Positions 19,807 through 28,696 of a DNA stretch of 64,000 nt are shown here, in pieces. The notes below the pieces were generated by a model, which saw only the letters and a program-made list of their open reading frames with translations, had not been told where the DNA came from and did not search any database. This stretch comes from a virus, in the IMG/VR virus record IMGVR_UViG_3300005264_000040, positions 1 through 64,000 of that record. One strand, 5' to 3'. The translations under genes were made by a program, and so were the position numbers. How positions within the stretch are numbered: the first letter of the stretch is position 1; the number at the start of each line of letters is the position of its first letter.

Positions 19807-21146
19807 AATTTATGCAAGATGAAATAATAGTAGCGTTACAAAAAATAGCTGCAAGCGATCCTCGTGGTGAATGGACAAAAGAAAAAAAAATAAAAAAAAG
19901 TGATGTTGAACTCCCAAAGGAATCTAAAGTGGTAAGTTTTTTTAAAAATTTATTCACTCCTAAAAAACAAGAACCACAGCAAAAAGTAATAAATAAAGCT
20001 ACTGCTCCTTCAAAAACATCTGCAAGTTTAACTGCAGGGAACCTCGGCTATAACAAATTGACAAATTCTCAAAAAAAAGAATTCAACTATAAAAGCGAAT
20101 TAAGAAATTTAAAAAATCAATTAAATGATGGAGATATAAGTAGAGCAGAATACGCTAACAAAATAAGATCTTTAGAAACACAACATTCGAATTATTTAAA
20201 AGAACAAAATAAAATATTAAAAGAACAGAAAATAGAAAGGAAGCAAAAAGCATTAAAAAGTCCGGAATACAGAGCAAGTCATACTAATAATGCAAAAAAT
20301 CTAACAGCACTAACAGCAGGTGCTGGAGCCAAACCTTTAACGAAAGGTCAAGAATTAAAAGCTAAAGCAAACGAAATTACACCTATTAAGTTTAATTATA
20401 TAACAGGAGATAAAAATAAAGTAAAAAAAGCTTTGAACAAAATAAAAGAAAAGGATAAAATAGACAGAGTAAAATCTAGAAATAAAGAATATTGGAAACA
20501 ATATGAAAATTACTGGAAGAAAAAGACAGTAAGTGGGACTTCAAACAAAAATCTAGCTACAGGATTATCAGTAGGGAATTTAACAGGGAAAAAACCTAAT
20601 ATTGACAAAATAAATAAAGTAAATAGAATAGCTGCAAACAAAGATTATAAAGAAAAATTCAAAGCAAAGAAACCAGCAGGTACCTCTAATTCTAACATTG
20701 CAGCTGCATTTACCGCTGGTACAGGAACAACTTCAACGAAACCTCATGCAAAAATAAAAAAAGAAATGCAAATTCAAGGATTGAAAAATAGAATAAAAGA
20801 AATACCATCTAAATTAAAAGAAATAGGAAAAACTACAATAAATAAAACAAAAGAAACATCTCAAAAAGCAATTAACTATGCAAAAGAACATCCTAAAGAA
20901 ACTGCTGCTGCAGGAGCAGGTGCTGCAGGTTTAGCTGCATTAGGTACAGCAAGCGCAATTGCTTCAAAAAGAAGAAAAGCTCGAGAAGCAGCAAGATTAG
21001 CTCAGTTAGCAAAAAAGAAAAAAATGATCAGAAGAGGAGGAATAGCAGGAGCCGCATTAGCAGGTGGAGCTGCTTTGACTTCTTATATTTTAAAGAAAAG
21101 GAAGAATAATGAAAGGAAAAAGGAGGAGGCAAAAAATAATGCATAA
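19803..21146 (+). CDS. Basic KxA-motif protein, putative virion internal protein
   Basis: LQKIAAS; C-terminal KKKKMIRRGGIAGAALAGG module. Confidence 0.7.
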   Translation: MKFMQDEIIVALQKIAASDPRGEWTKEKKIKKSDVELPKESKVVSFFKNLFTPKKQEPQQKVINKATAPSKTSASLTAGNLGYNKLTNSQKKEFNYKSELRNLKNQLNDGDISRAEYANKIRSLETQHSNYLKEQNKILKEQKIERKQKALKSPEYRASHTNNAKNLTALTAGAGAKPLTKGQELKAKANEITPIKFNYITGDKNKVKKALNKIKEKDKIDRVKSRNKEYWKQYENYWKKKTVSGTSNKNLATGLSVGNLTGKKPNIDKINKVNRIAANKDYKEKFKAKKPAGTSNSNIAAAFTAGTGTTSTKPHAKIKKEMQIQGLKNRIKEIPSKLKEIGKTTINKTKETSQKAINYAKEHPKETAAAGAGAAGLAALGTASAIASKRRKAREAARLAQLAKKKKMIRRGGIAGAALAGGAALTSYILKKRKNNERKKEEAKNNA

Positions 21147-21636
21147 AAACATTTTGCTTAAATTAGCTAGCGGACCTATATATCCTCCAGGAACTACTGA
21201 AGAACAAAAAAAGAAAATTAATGATTATTACGCAAAATCATATTTACTCTTAAATAAAAAAGATATTGCTAAACCAGAAAGGTTACCAGATATACGAGAA
21301 AAAAAACCAGAAGTTGAACTAATTACTAAAATAAAAGAAAATACTAATAAACTATTAAGCGGAGTAAAAAATAAAATAAATAATATGTCTGATAACGATA
21401 AAAAGAAAGCAGCAATAACTTCTGCAGGAGTTGGCGCAATAGGAATAGGAAGTTTAGCTGCAGCAAAACACAAAGCCAAGAAAAAAGCTAAAGCTGCTGA
21501 ACTAGCTAAACTTACCAAGAAGAAAAAACTTCTAAAAGGAGGAATAGCAGGGGCTGCTTTAGCAGGTGGTAGTGCATTAGCAGCTTATGCTTTGAACAAA
21601 AAAAAGAAGAAAGAGGAGGCAAAAAATAATGTATAA
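21139..21636 (+). CDS. Basic KxA-motif protein (true start 21139, MHKNILLKLAS)
   Basis: GAGGAGG SD before ATG 21139; same C-terminal module. Confidence 0.7.
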   Translation: MHKNILLKLASGPIYPPGTTEEQKKKINDYYAKSYLLLNKKDIAKPERLPDIREKKPEVELITKIKENTNKLLSGVKNKINNMSDNDKKKAAITSAGVGAIGIGSLAAAKHKAKKKAKAAELAKLTKKKKLLKGGIAGAALAGGSALAAYALNKKKKKEEAKNNV

Positions 21637-22825
21637 GAACAATATAATTAAGTTAGCAGATATAGGAGGCTCAGCATTATATAACACCAAAAAAGTTCCA
21701 GCTATTCAAAGAAAACTAGATGAAGCCGAATACGAAATGGAAGATAATCTATCTAGGAAATTACATAAAATAAAAAAATTTGTTTCTAAAAATATGCAAA
21801 AAGCAAAAGAAAAATTAATTGAAGAACCAAAAAGAAATGCTAAAAATTTACAAATATCTAATTCAAGTGTAGCTGCTTTAAAGCACAAAACTAAAGGCCC
21901 TTCAAAAACAGTCAGTGATTTTAAAAGAAAAGTAGATGAAGCTGCTTATAAAGCAAAAGATTTTGCTTCTAAAAATAAGGATAAAGCTGCAGTTGCTGGT
22001 GCAGGAATAGCAGGTATAGCAGGTCTTTCTATGCTTAGTAAAAAAAATAAAGCAAAAAAAGCTGCTGAATTAGCTGCTTTAGCAAAAAAGAAAAAAATGA
22101 TCAGAAGAGGAGGAATAGCAGGAGCTGCTTTAGCAGGCGGTAGTGCATTAGCAGCTTATGCTTTGAAAAAGAAAAAATCTAAAAAAAAACAAGAAAAAAC
22201 AGCTAGTTACGTAATACCAGCTATAAAAGGAGCTCTCGTAGTAGGAGGACTTGCAGCAGCTCACGTTGCTGATAAAAAGAATCAAGCCAAAGCTATGAAA
22301 TTAGTAAATGATATATTCGAAGAAGGTGTAAGAACAGGAAGAAAAAAAGGTTTTAGAAATGGAGTATTAGCAGGAACAGGTGCTGGTGTTGGAACCACTT
22401 TAACTGCTTTAGGTATTTCTAAAACAAGAAATAAAAAAGGAAACAATAAGAAAAAGAAGGAATTGCAACAAAAAAAGAATACATCATTAAAGAAGTCAGC
22501 CGCAGCTACCTTAACAAATGATGAATTACAAAAATTATTAAATGTAAAAAAAGAAAACATGGAAAGAATGCAAAAAACTGTAAAAGAAATAGCACCAAAT
22601 GGTGCTGCTCCGGTAGCAGGATTAGGATTAGGTCTTAGAGGCGGAGCAGGATTAGGATTAGGCAATATAGGAAGACCTAGAAGAGGTAGAGGTTTAGCTG
22701 TTGGTTTAGGTGCTGGTGCTGGTGCAGGTACAGGATTAGGCGCTTTAGCATTGTACAATTTAAGCAAAAAAGAAGAAGAAGATAAATCCAATAAAAAGGA
22801 AGACAAAAAAACCTCAAAAAAGTGA
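21629..22825 (+). CDS. Basic KxA-motif protein with several Gly/Ala hydrophobic helices
   Basis: IIKLAD, QEKTASY, LKKSAAA; shared module. Confidence 0.7.
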   Translation: MYKNNIIKLADIGGSALYNTKKVPAIQRKLDEAEYEMEDNLSRKLHKIKKFVSKNMQKAKEKLIEEPKRNAKNLQISNSSVAALKHKTKGPSKTVSDFKRKVDEAAYKAKDFASKNKDKAAVAGAGIAGIAGLSMLSKKNKAKKAAELAALAKKKKMIRRGGIAGAALAGGSALAAYALKKKKSKKKQEKTASYVIPAIKGALVVGGLAAAHVADKKNQAKAMKLVNDIFEEGVRTGRKKGFRNGVLAGTGAGVGTTLTALGISKTRNKKGNNKKKKELQQKKNTSLKKSAAATLTNDELQKLLNVKKENMERMQKTVKEIAPNGAAPVAGLGLGLRGGAGLGLGNIGRPRRGRGLAVGLGAGAGAGTGLGALALYNLSKKEEEDKSNKKEDKKTSKK

Positions 22826-22836
22826 GGATGATATAA

Positions 22837-23475
22837 ATGGAAACTATTTTGGATAAAATTTTAAGTCAGAAAATGAATGAAGGATACATTCTAAAAAACG
22901 AAATGAAAAAGGAAGCCGGGATTTTCGGCTCTCTGAAAAATGTTGCAAAAGGTGTAAGGCGATGGACAAAAGCACCTTACACTAAATTTAATCCTCAAAG
23001 AGCTTCAACTTATGAATTTGCAAATTCAATAAAAATGAATAAATATAAACAAAGATTACTTAGAAAGAAAAATAGATTAGATGCGCAAAAAACACGTAAA
23101 TTATCACAACAATTTTATTTGGACCCAGCAAAAGTTGATAAATATCAAAAAACACAAATGAAAAAAAAGATATTAGGACCTTATTATAAACCTAAAAATA
23201 CAACAACTACACCAAAAAACAATATTCCAACGCCACCAAAAAATCCCACAGCAACACCACCACCAAATGCACAAGCTGGTAATACCAACGTGGGACATTC
23301 CGCAATACAAAGTGCTTTAAATACGATTAAAAAAAGACCAGCTGTATCTGCAAGTGCTTTATTGACAGCTGGCACATTAGCAGGACAAGCATACGGTTCT
23401 TATAAAGAAAGACAAATACAAAAAGAAATGCAAAAGTATCAAAATCCTACCGGAAGAAGAATACTTATAGTTTGA
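22837..23475 (+). CDS. Basic KxA-motif protein
   Basis: MKKEAGIFG; Pro/Thr linker; C-terminal hydrophobic helix. Confidence 0.7.
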   Translation: METILDKILSQKMNEGYILKNEMKKEAGIFGSLKNVAKGVRRWTKAPYTKFNPQRASTYEFANSIKMNKYKQRLLRKKNRLDAQKTRKLSQQFYLDPAKVDKYQKTQMKKKILGPYYKPKNTTTTPKNNIPTPPKNPTATPPPNAQAGNTNVGHSAIQSALNTIKKRPAVSASALLTAGTLAGQAYGSYKERQIQKEMQKYQNPTGRRILIV

Positions 23476-23486
23476 AAACAATGTTA

Positions 23487-23513
23487 AAAGACCCTTTTAG
23501 AGGGTCTTTTTTT
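23487..23513 (+). terminator. Intrinsic terminator
   Basis: AAAGACCC/GGGTCTTT + T tract. Confidence 0.75.
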
Positions 23514-23572
23514 ATATAAATAAATCAAGATTTATTGGTATATATATAGTAATTTATTATAAAACACAGGAG

Positions 23573-24250
23573 GTGTTTAACATGGATAATACTTTTTTTG
23601 AAGAAAATATAGTTGGGATTCTCATTGAGGATCCCAAAATTTTTAGAAAGGAGGTGAAAAAGAACGGAATGATAGACCAAGAGTTTGTGGCACAACTAGC
23701 TAAGTATATTGTCACCCAACTCCAAAAAGATGAACCTATTTTTATAAAAGGGGAGGACGACTATTATGTTGATTACGAATACTATCGTCCTTCAACTTTA
23801 TTGCATTTGAAAAACCCAAAAGCGTTTAATTCGATGTTGGAAAAAATGATTAATTATGCAAGAAAGAGACTCCCGAGGATTGAAAGAGACTTTATTGTAG
23901 ATTTAATTGTAAAAGTACAAAGAGATTTTATAAGCCCATATAATTTCTTGATTGGTATTGATAATTATTTATCCGCAAACTACGATTATGAATCGTTCTA
24001 TACTGACGAAGAATTCGAAAGATTAGAAAATAGTATTTTAGAAAAAGAATCTGAAATTATAAGAACTAACAACAAAGAAGATTTCCTAAATTGGACTGAT
24101 AAAGGAGAGTTTATACCAGCATGGTATATCAACGATCGAATCGACGGTTTCTTTTATAAGTTCTTCAAAGATGTATATGATTACGACTATGACAATTCTA
24201 ATTTTGACTTCTGGGACTTTTTAGAAAGAAGAAGAATTTGGTATTCATAA
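23573..24250 (+). CDS. Hypothetical protein
   Basis: 225-aa ORF, GGAGG SD, GTG start. Confidence 0.7.
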   Translation: MFNMDNTFFEENIVGILIEDPKIFRKEVKKNGMIDQEFVAQLAKYIVTQLQKDEPIFIKGEDDYYVDYEYYRPSTLLHLKNPKAFNSMLEKMINYARKRLPRIERDFIVDLIVKVQRDFISPYNFLIGIDNYLSANYDYESFYTDEEFERLENSILEKESEIIRTNNKEDFLNWTDKGEFIPAWYINDRIDGFFYKFFKDVYDYDYDNSNFDFWDFLERRRIWYS

Positions 24251-24281
24251 GTATGTTTATAAATAAAAAAGGAGGTGAAAA

Positions 24282-24326
24282 ATGGAGAGTATTTTTACTC
24301 TCAGTTTCCATGGGTTGAGAGTATGA
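24282..24326 (+). CDS. Micro-ORF unit 1 (MESIFTLSFHGLRV)
   Basis: Perfect SD plus ATG; translation unproven. Confidence 0.35.
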   Translation: MESIFTLSFHGLRV

Positions 24327-24405
24327 TTCTCATAAGCTTTTTTAAAAAGGTAGCTTAATCAAAGCGGGTTCCGCTTTATTATTTTATAAATAAGGAGGTG
24401 TCCTT

Positions 24406-24447
24406 TTGAAAAGAAACGCAATGTTGCTTTCGCAACATATCTCATAA
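24406..24447 (+). CDS. Micro-ORF unit 2 (MKRNAMLLSQHIS, TTG start)
   Basis: Perfect SD plus TTG; translation unproven. Confidence 0.3.
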   Translation: MKRNAMLLSQHIS

Positions 24448-24555
24448 AGCATCCGGTCATTCTTTGTGTGGTGTAAAAGATGGATGGTTGGATGCGAATA
24501 AAAAAATCCGCGAGCGGTTTCCGCTCTTTTTTATTATATAATAAAGGAGGTAGAT

Positions 24556-24615
24556 ATGAAGAATTTGATTAAAAGTTCAGCTCTTGAACTTTTAAACTTG
24601 ATAAGTACTTTTTAG
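24556..24615 (+). CDS. Micro-ORF unit 3 (MKNLIKSSALELLNLISTF)
   Basis: Perfect SD plus ATG; translation unproven. Confidence 0.4.
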   Translation: MKNLIKSSALELLNLISTF

Positions 24616-24672
24616 TAGTAAAGTTTTGGGAGTGGTTTCCACTCCTTTTATTATATAACAAAGGAGGGAGAT

Positions 24673-24708
24673 ATGAGTAGATTGCTCAAAAGTTCCTACA
24701 ATCTGTGA
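24673..24708 (+). CDS. Micro-ORF unit 4 (MSRLLKSSYNL)
   Basis: Perfect SD plus ATG; translation unproven. Confidence 0.35.
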   Translation: MSRLLKSSYNL

Positions 24709-24799
24709 GAGAACTTTTGTCTAATAAGTACTACTTTAGTAGTAAGTAGAAACGTGCGGATTCCGCATATTATTTATAAAAAAAGGAGGATGATAAAAG

Positions 24800-25357
24800 A
24801 TGGCAAAATTAAAGGTATTACCAGCAGGAGAAGCAAGTTATATAAGGAAAGACAAGCAAAACTATTATGTAGAGAATTGCTTGTTGAATTGGGCATACAG
24901 TTTAAACCCTAAAACAATAGGAATAACAAGAGTAGAAGGTACAGATGTATATGCTTTAGTGATAGATGGATATGTAATCAGGCCAACAGAGCATCCAATG
25001 TTCTATGAGGTTTTAGAGGAAAAATGTGATGATGCAATAATCATAGAACAAAACAAAGAAAACGAACCTGTCAAAATCAATTCTAAAATCCTTTTGAGAT
25101 CAGAAGGTATTCCGGAGGTTAATGTTGTAAAACATATTAATACTATGTTCGTTACTGTAGATTATGGCAAAAAAGAAGATACTATATTAGTACCTATTAC
25201 AACAAAAAGAATTGTTCTCGGTGCTGCAAGTATTAGAGGTGTATATTATTATTACGAAATAAAAGATGATATTATAAGCACAAAAATAATTCCAGCATCA
25301 GCAGATCTAAATTTGGAAGATATAAAATTATTATTAGAAGAAAAAGGAAATCTTTAA
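24800..25357 (+). CDS. Hypothetical protein
   Basis: SD AAGGAGG. Confidence 0.75.
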   Translation: MAKLKVLPAGEASYIRKDKQNYYVENCLLNWAYSLNPKTIGITRVEGTDVYALVIDGYVIRPTEHPMFYEVLEEKCDDAIIIEQNKENEPVKINSKILLRSEGIPEVNVVKHINTMFVTVDYGKKEDTILVPITTKRIVLGAASIRGVYYYYEIKDDIISTKIIPASADLNLEDIKLLLEEKGNL

Positions 25358-25380
25358 AACAAAAAAGGAGATGGTGAGGT

Positions 25381-26019
25381 ATGATGAAAAATAGTATAAT
25401 TAACCAAATGATAGGAGATGTAATAAAAGTTTATGAAGGAAAAGAATATTTTTATGAGGTTGTAGAAGCAGAATGGGTAGAAAATCCAAGGCAATATGCA
25501 GATGCTTCGTATTTTTATATGAGCCATAGGAACTATGATTTTGGAGATAACATATCTCTAGATACTTCTGATTGTTCCTCTTGGGAAGATGTAAAAGAAA
25601 TAATTGAAAAAGAGTATAACGTGTTTGCTATTTTACCTGTTTATATGTATGATCATTCAGGAATTACAATAAATACAACAGGATATTCTTGCGGTTGGGA
25701 TAGCGGACAAATAGGTTGGATCTGGATGACTAAAGAACAAGCAATGGAATATGGATATAAAACGAAAAAAGAAGCAGAATTATTTTTAGAAACCGAGATT
25801 GCTACACTTGACAAGTATCTCACAGGAGATGTATATGAAATAAGAATGAGAAGCAAAAAAGACCCAACGGAAACTGATACATATATAGGATACATTTATG
25901 GTTGGGAAGAAACTTTAGCTGAGATACCAAAAACCGCAAAAGAAATAAAGAAAAGTGATTATAAAGACAAATTTGAAGTTGAGGTGAAAATAGTATATGT
26001 AGATGAAGAGGAGGAATAA
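25381..26019 (+). CDS. Hypothetical phage protein
   Basis: YMYDHSGITI..SCGWDSGQIGWIW motif, a pattern I recall from uncharacterised phage proteins. Confidence 0.7.
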   Translation: MMKNSIINQMIGDVIKVYEGKEYFYEVVEAEWVENPRQYADASYFYMSHRNYDFGDNISLDTSDCSSWEDVKEIIEKEYNVFAILPVYMYDHSGITINTTGYSCGWDSGQIGWIWMTKEQAMEYGYKTKKEAELFLETEIATLDKYLTGDVYEIRMRSKKDPTETDTYIGYIYGWEETLAEIPKTAKEIKKSDYKDKFEVEVKIVYVDEEEE

Positions 26020-26022
26020 TAA

Positions 26023-27027
26023 ATGAGAAGAATAATGGAATATGCCGGACGTATAGCTTATACGTCCGGCTATACTTTTATATTTGATGATATGAAATTT
26101 AAACTTTCTAAAAGAGTTACATCTTTTTATATAGATAAGTTTCATTCCTTTGTATTTTTGAATTCTAAAGATGAAACTTTGATATTAAATTTATCAACAG
26201 GAAAAATAGAAGGTACCTTGCCTCCAGCAACTAAAATAAGAACCTCTCCAACAAAGATTTATCTAATGCAAGGAAAAGAGGTTGTAAATGTTTATGACAA
26301 GTTTTTGTTAAACAGAATATATCAATATTCAATGTCAAAAAATAAATTATTCAAAGATTTTGATATATCTATAAGGTATATCGCGAGCCCAGATGAAGCG
26401 TTATTTATATATGATGGAGATAAAGTCTTGTATTGGAAAGATTATTTGACTTATCCATTAGAAGCAGACACAGCACCATATCCTGCTCAAGCTTCAGAAA
26501 TGTTTTCGGCAGGAGAATCTGTTAATATTTTGGATAAGAAACACGCAAAAATAGATTGTTATTCTTCGCTGTCACATCAAAAAGATACAAGTTATTCTAT
26601 TTCTTATTTTGAACATGAAATTGTTGATGCAAAGTTTGTTGAAGGTTATTTGAAAAATAGATTATTAGGATTAGTTATTGAAAGAAGATATCTTGTGTTG
26701 TATTTTAATGCAGACCCAATAGGTTCTGTAAATTTTCATATAAAACCTTATTATTCTTCTGATTTTCCCATTGCATTAGCGAACTTTGAACATTTAAAAA
26801 TATTAGATATACAGTATAATTTTTACAATGGATTTGTTGTAGCGTTATTACATGAAACAGATGAAGATGAATATTTCTTTTTTATAGCTCACAAAAACGA
26901 ATTCTTTAACTATAAAAAAATAATAGCAGCTAATAAATTAGATGGTAGATACGCCATAGACTTAAAAGAGATTGTAGTATGGCGAGGAGGGAAAATAAAA
27001 CGTATTCCATTAAAGGAAGGTGATTAA
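26023..27027 (+). CDS. Aromatic-rich hypothetical protein (possible beta-propeller-like)
   Basis: 334 aa, short beta-strand-like segments. Confidence 0.65.
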   Translation: MRRIMEYAGRIAYTSGYTFIFDDMKFKLSKRVTSFYIDKFHSFVFLNSKDETLILNLSTGKIEGTLPPATKIRTSPTKIYLMQGKEVVNVYDKFLLNRIYQYSMSKNKLFKDFDISIRYIASPDEALFIYDGDKVLYWKDYLTYPLEADTAPYPAQASEMFSAGESVNILDKKHAKIDCYSSLSHQKDTSYSISYFEHEIVDAKFVEGYLKNRLLGLVIERRYLVLYFNADPIGSVNFHIKPYYSSDFPIALANFEHLKILDIQYNFYNGFVVALLHETDEDEYFFFIAHKNEFFNYKKIIAANKLDGRYAIDLKEIVVWRGGKIKRIPLKEGD

Positions 27028-27030
27028 AAT

Positions 27031-27609
27031 ATGGTAAGAGTTCTTGAAGATCTTGCATGGATGGTGAGTGTTATATACGAAGGTGAAGAATCACTAATAT
27101 TTGATGAAAGTTTTGCAAGGTTCATTCGTGAAGAAAATGGTCGTTATGGGAATTATTTTAAATTGATAAAAGATAAAATAGGTTCGCAGAAAAAGTTTGG
27201 AATAGATGATTATTACTTTGAAATACCAAATCTTATTTTGAATGGAATAATAGTAAGTTATAATCCTGGAATAAATTACGAAAAAAAAGTAGCGTTAAAT
27301 GGCAATCCGCAGATTTTTGATCCTTTAATATTAGGGACAAAAACTTTTTATTTATTAAAGCTTAAGGGGGAATTTGAAGTTGTTGAAGGAAATAATGTTG
27401 TAGCTGCAACTTATAGCAAAGACGATATGTACAAAGTTTATAAATTCGATGTTCCATATATTATTGTAATAGAAGGAGATCATTTGTTTTATGTAGATTT
27501 TATATCAAAAACGTCAAGGTACTTAAAACAAATGCCGGGTTTTAGTCCTGGAGATTATTTATTGTTGCACGAAGAAGGAGGTTTTGATAAATGGAAGAAC
27601 TTAAATTAA
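27031..27609 (+). CDS. Hypothetical protein
   Basis: 192-aa ORF. Confidence 0.7.
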   Translation: MVRVLEDLAWMVSVIYEGEESLIFDESFARFIREENGRYGNYFKLIKDKIGSQKKFGIDDYYFEIPNLILNGIIVSYNPGINYEKKVALNGNPQIFDPLILGTKTFYLLKLKGEFEVVEGNNVVAATYSKDDMYKVYKFDVPYIIVIEGDHLFYVDFISKTSRYLKQMPGFSPGDYLLLHEEGGFDKWKNLN

Positions 27610-28682
27610 TTCAAGCAATAGAACCAAGGCCTACTTTAGGATTCTTTGATTATCATTTCCCGTTTTATCTACAAAACAACAAATTATATCTGATTACAAA
27701 TGTTCCTATAACTAATGTTATGGGTTTTATAATAGATATTGATACTTTAGACTTTTCATATTTAAAAATTCCTGAAGTAGATTATATTGTTTCAATTTCA
27801 GAAATAGCCAGAAACCCATATGATAATATGTTATATGCAATATTGAATCCTAATGAAAACATTGATGACAATGAAATTACTTATTATACACAAAAGATTA
27901 TCAATATCGAAAGTGGATTCTGTTATGAAACCAAAATGACATTAAATGAAGAACTAATGTTTTCACGTATAGTTAAGTATGACATTCCAGGCTACAAGTT
28001 TATGTGGGGCTTTTTTAAAAACAAAGCTAAGAAAATAGCACAACTTTATGATTTATTTGGAAGGCCTCTGTCACCTGTTTTGCAACTTCCTTTAAAAGAT
28101 GTTGCAAGCAATGGATTATACATAAAAAATAATAAGATTTACGATTTGTTTCAACAAAAGTTTGTATCTCCCGAATTAAAATATATGACAGGGAAGAATA
28201 AAATGAAAAATATAGAAATAGTCAGAGTAAATACAGGTTATTATGTAATAGGGACTATAAAATATAGTGGAAAACGAATTCCTATAGTCCAATATACTGA
28301 CGGAGAATATATTTCTACTAAACTAATAGACGATATTGAATTTGAAAAAATAAAAGTATATCGAATAGGACATGACGCAATTTGGGTTGGACTGGATAAT
28401 CAAAAATATGGATATATTTTCAAACCAAATATATTTGGAAAACCCATGAGATTCCCAGGGAGTATAAGTTTCTTAGGATTAGATAAAAAAGGAAGATTTC
28501 TTGCTTATAGAGTTATAAATGGAACGCTTGAACTTTATATAGAAGATAAATGGTATTATTATGATTTAGGTTCATATCAATACATTTTTGATGAAAAATA
28601 TAAAATTTTCTTGTATAAAAAAAATGTATATCTTTTCCTTGGAAATACAGATGAAATGGTAACACTCAAATTGTCAAAATGA
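27591..28682 (+). CDS. Aromatic-rich hypothetical protein
   Basis: 363-aa ORF. Confidence 0.7.
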   Translation: MEELKLIQAIEPRPTLGFFDYHFPFYLQNNKLYLITNVPITNVMGFIIDIDTLDFSYLKIPEVDYIVSISEIARNPYDNMLYAILNPNENIDDNEITYYTQKIINIESGFCYETKMTLNEELMFSRIVKYDIPGYKFMWGFFKNKAKKIAQLYDLFGRPLSPVLQLPLKDVASNGLYIKNNKIYDLFQQKFVSPELKYMTGKNKMKNIEIVRVNTGYYVIGTIKYSGKRIPIVQYTDGEYISTKLIDDIEFEKIKVYRIGHDAIWVGLDNQKYGYIFKPNIFGKPMRFPGSISFLGLDKKGRFLAYRVINGTLELYIEDKWYYYDLGSYQYIFDEKYKIFLYKKNVYLFLGNTDEMVTLKLSK

Positions 28683-28696
28683 AGGAGGCATAAAAA

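Larger units (their letters stand above)
24251..24799 (+). repeat. Tandem array of four structured units (SD, micro-ORF/hairpin, ATAAG, hairpin, (G/T)GG-NTT-CC hairpin, TTATTATATAA-like linker)
   Basis: AAGGAGG at 24269, 24392, 24544, 24661, 24783 (period 123/152/117/122); terminal hairpins at 24361-77, 24512-26, 24629-45, 24755-67. Confidence 0.85.

Noticed and set aside
24251-24799. CRISPR array
   Set aside because: No identical direct repeats with unique spacers, no cas genes; units are conserved in structure, not sequence.
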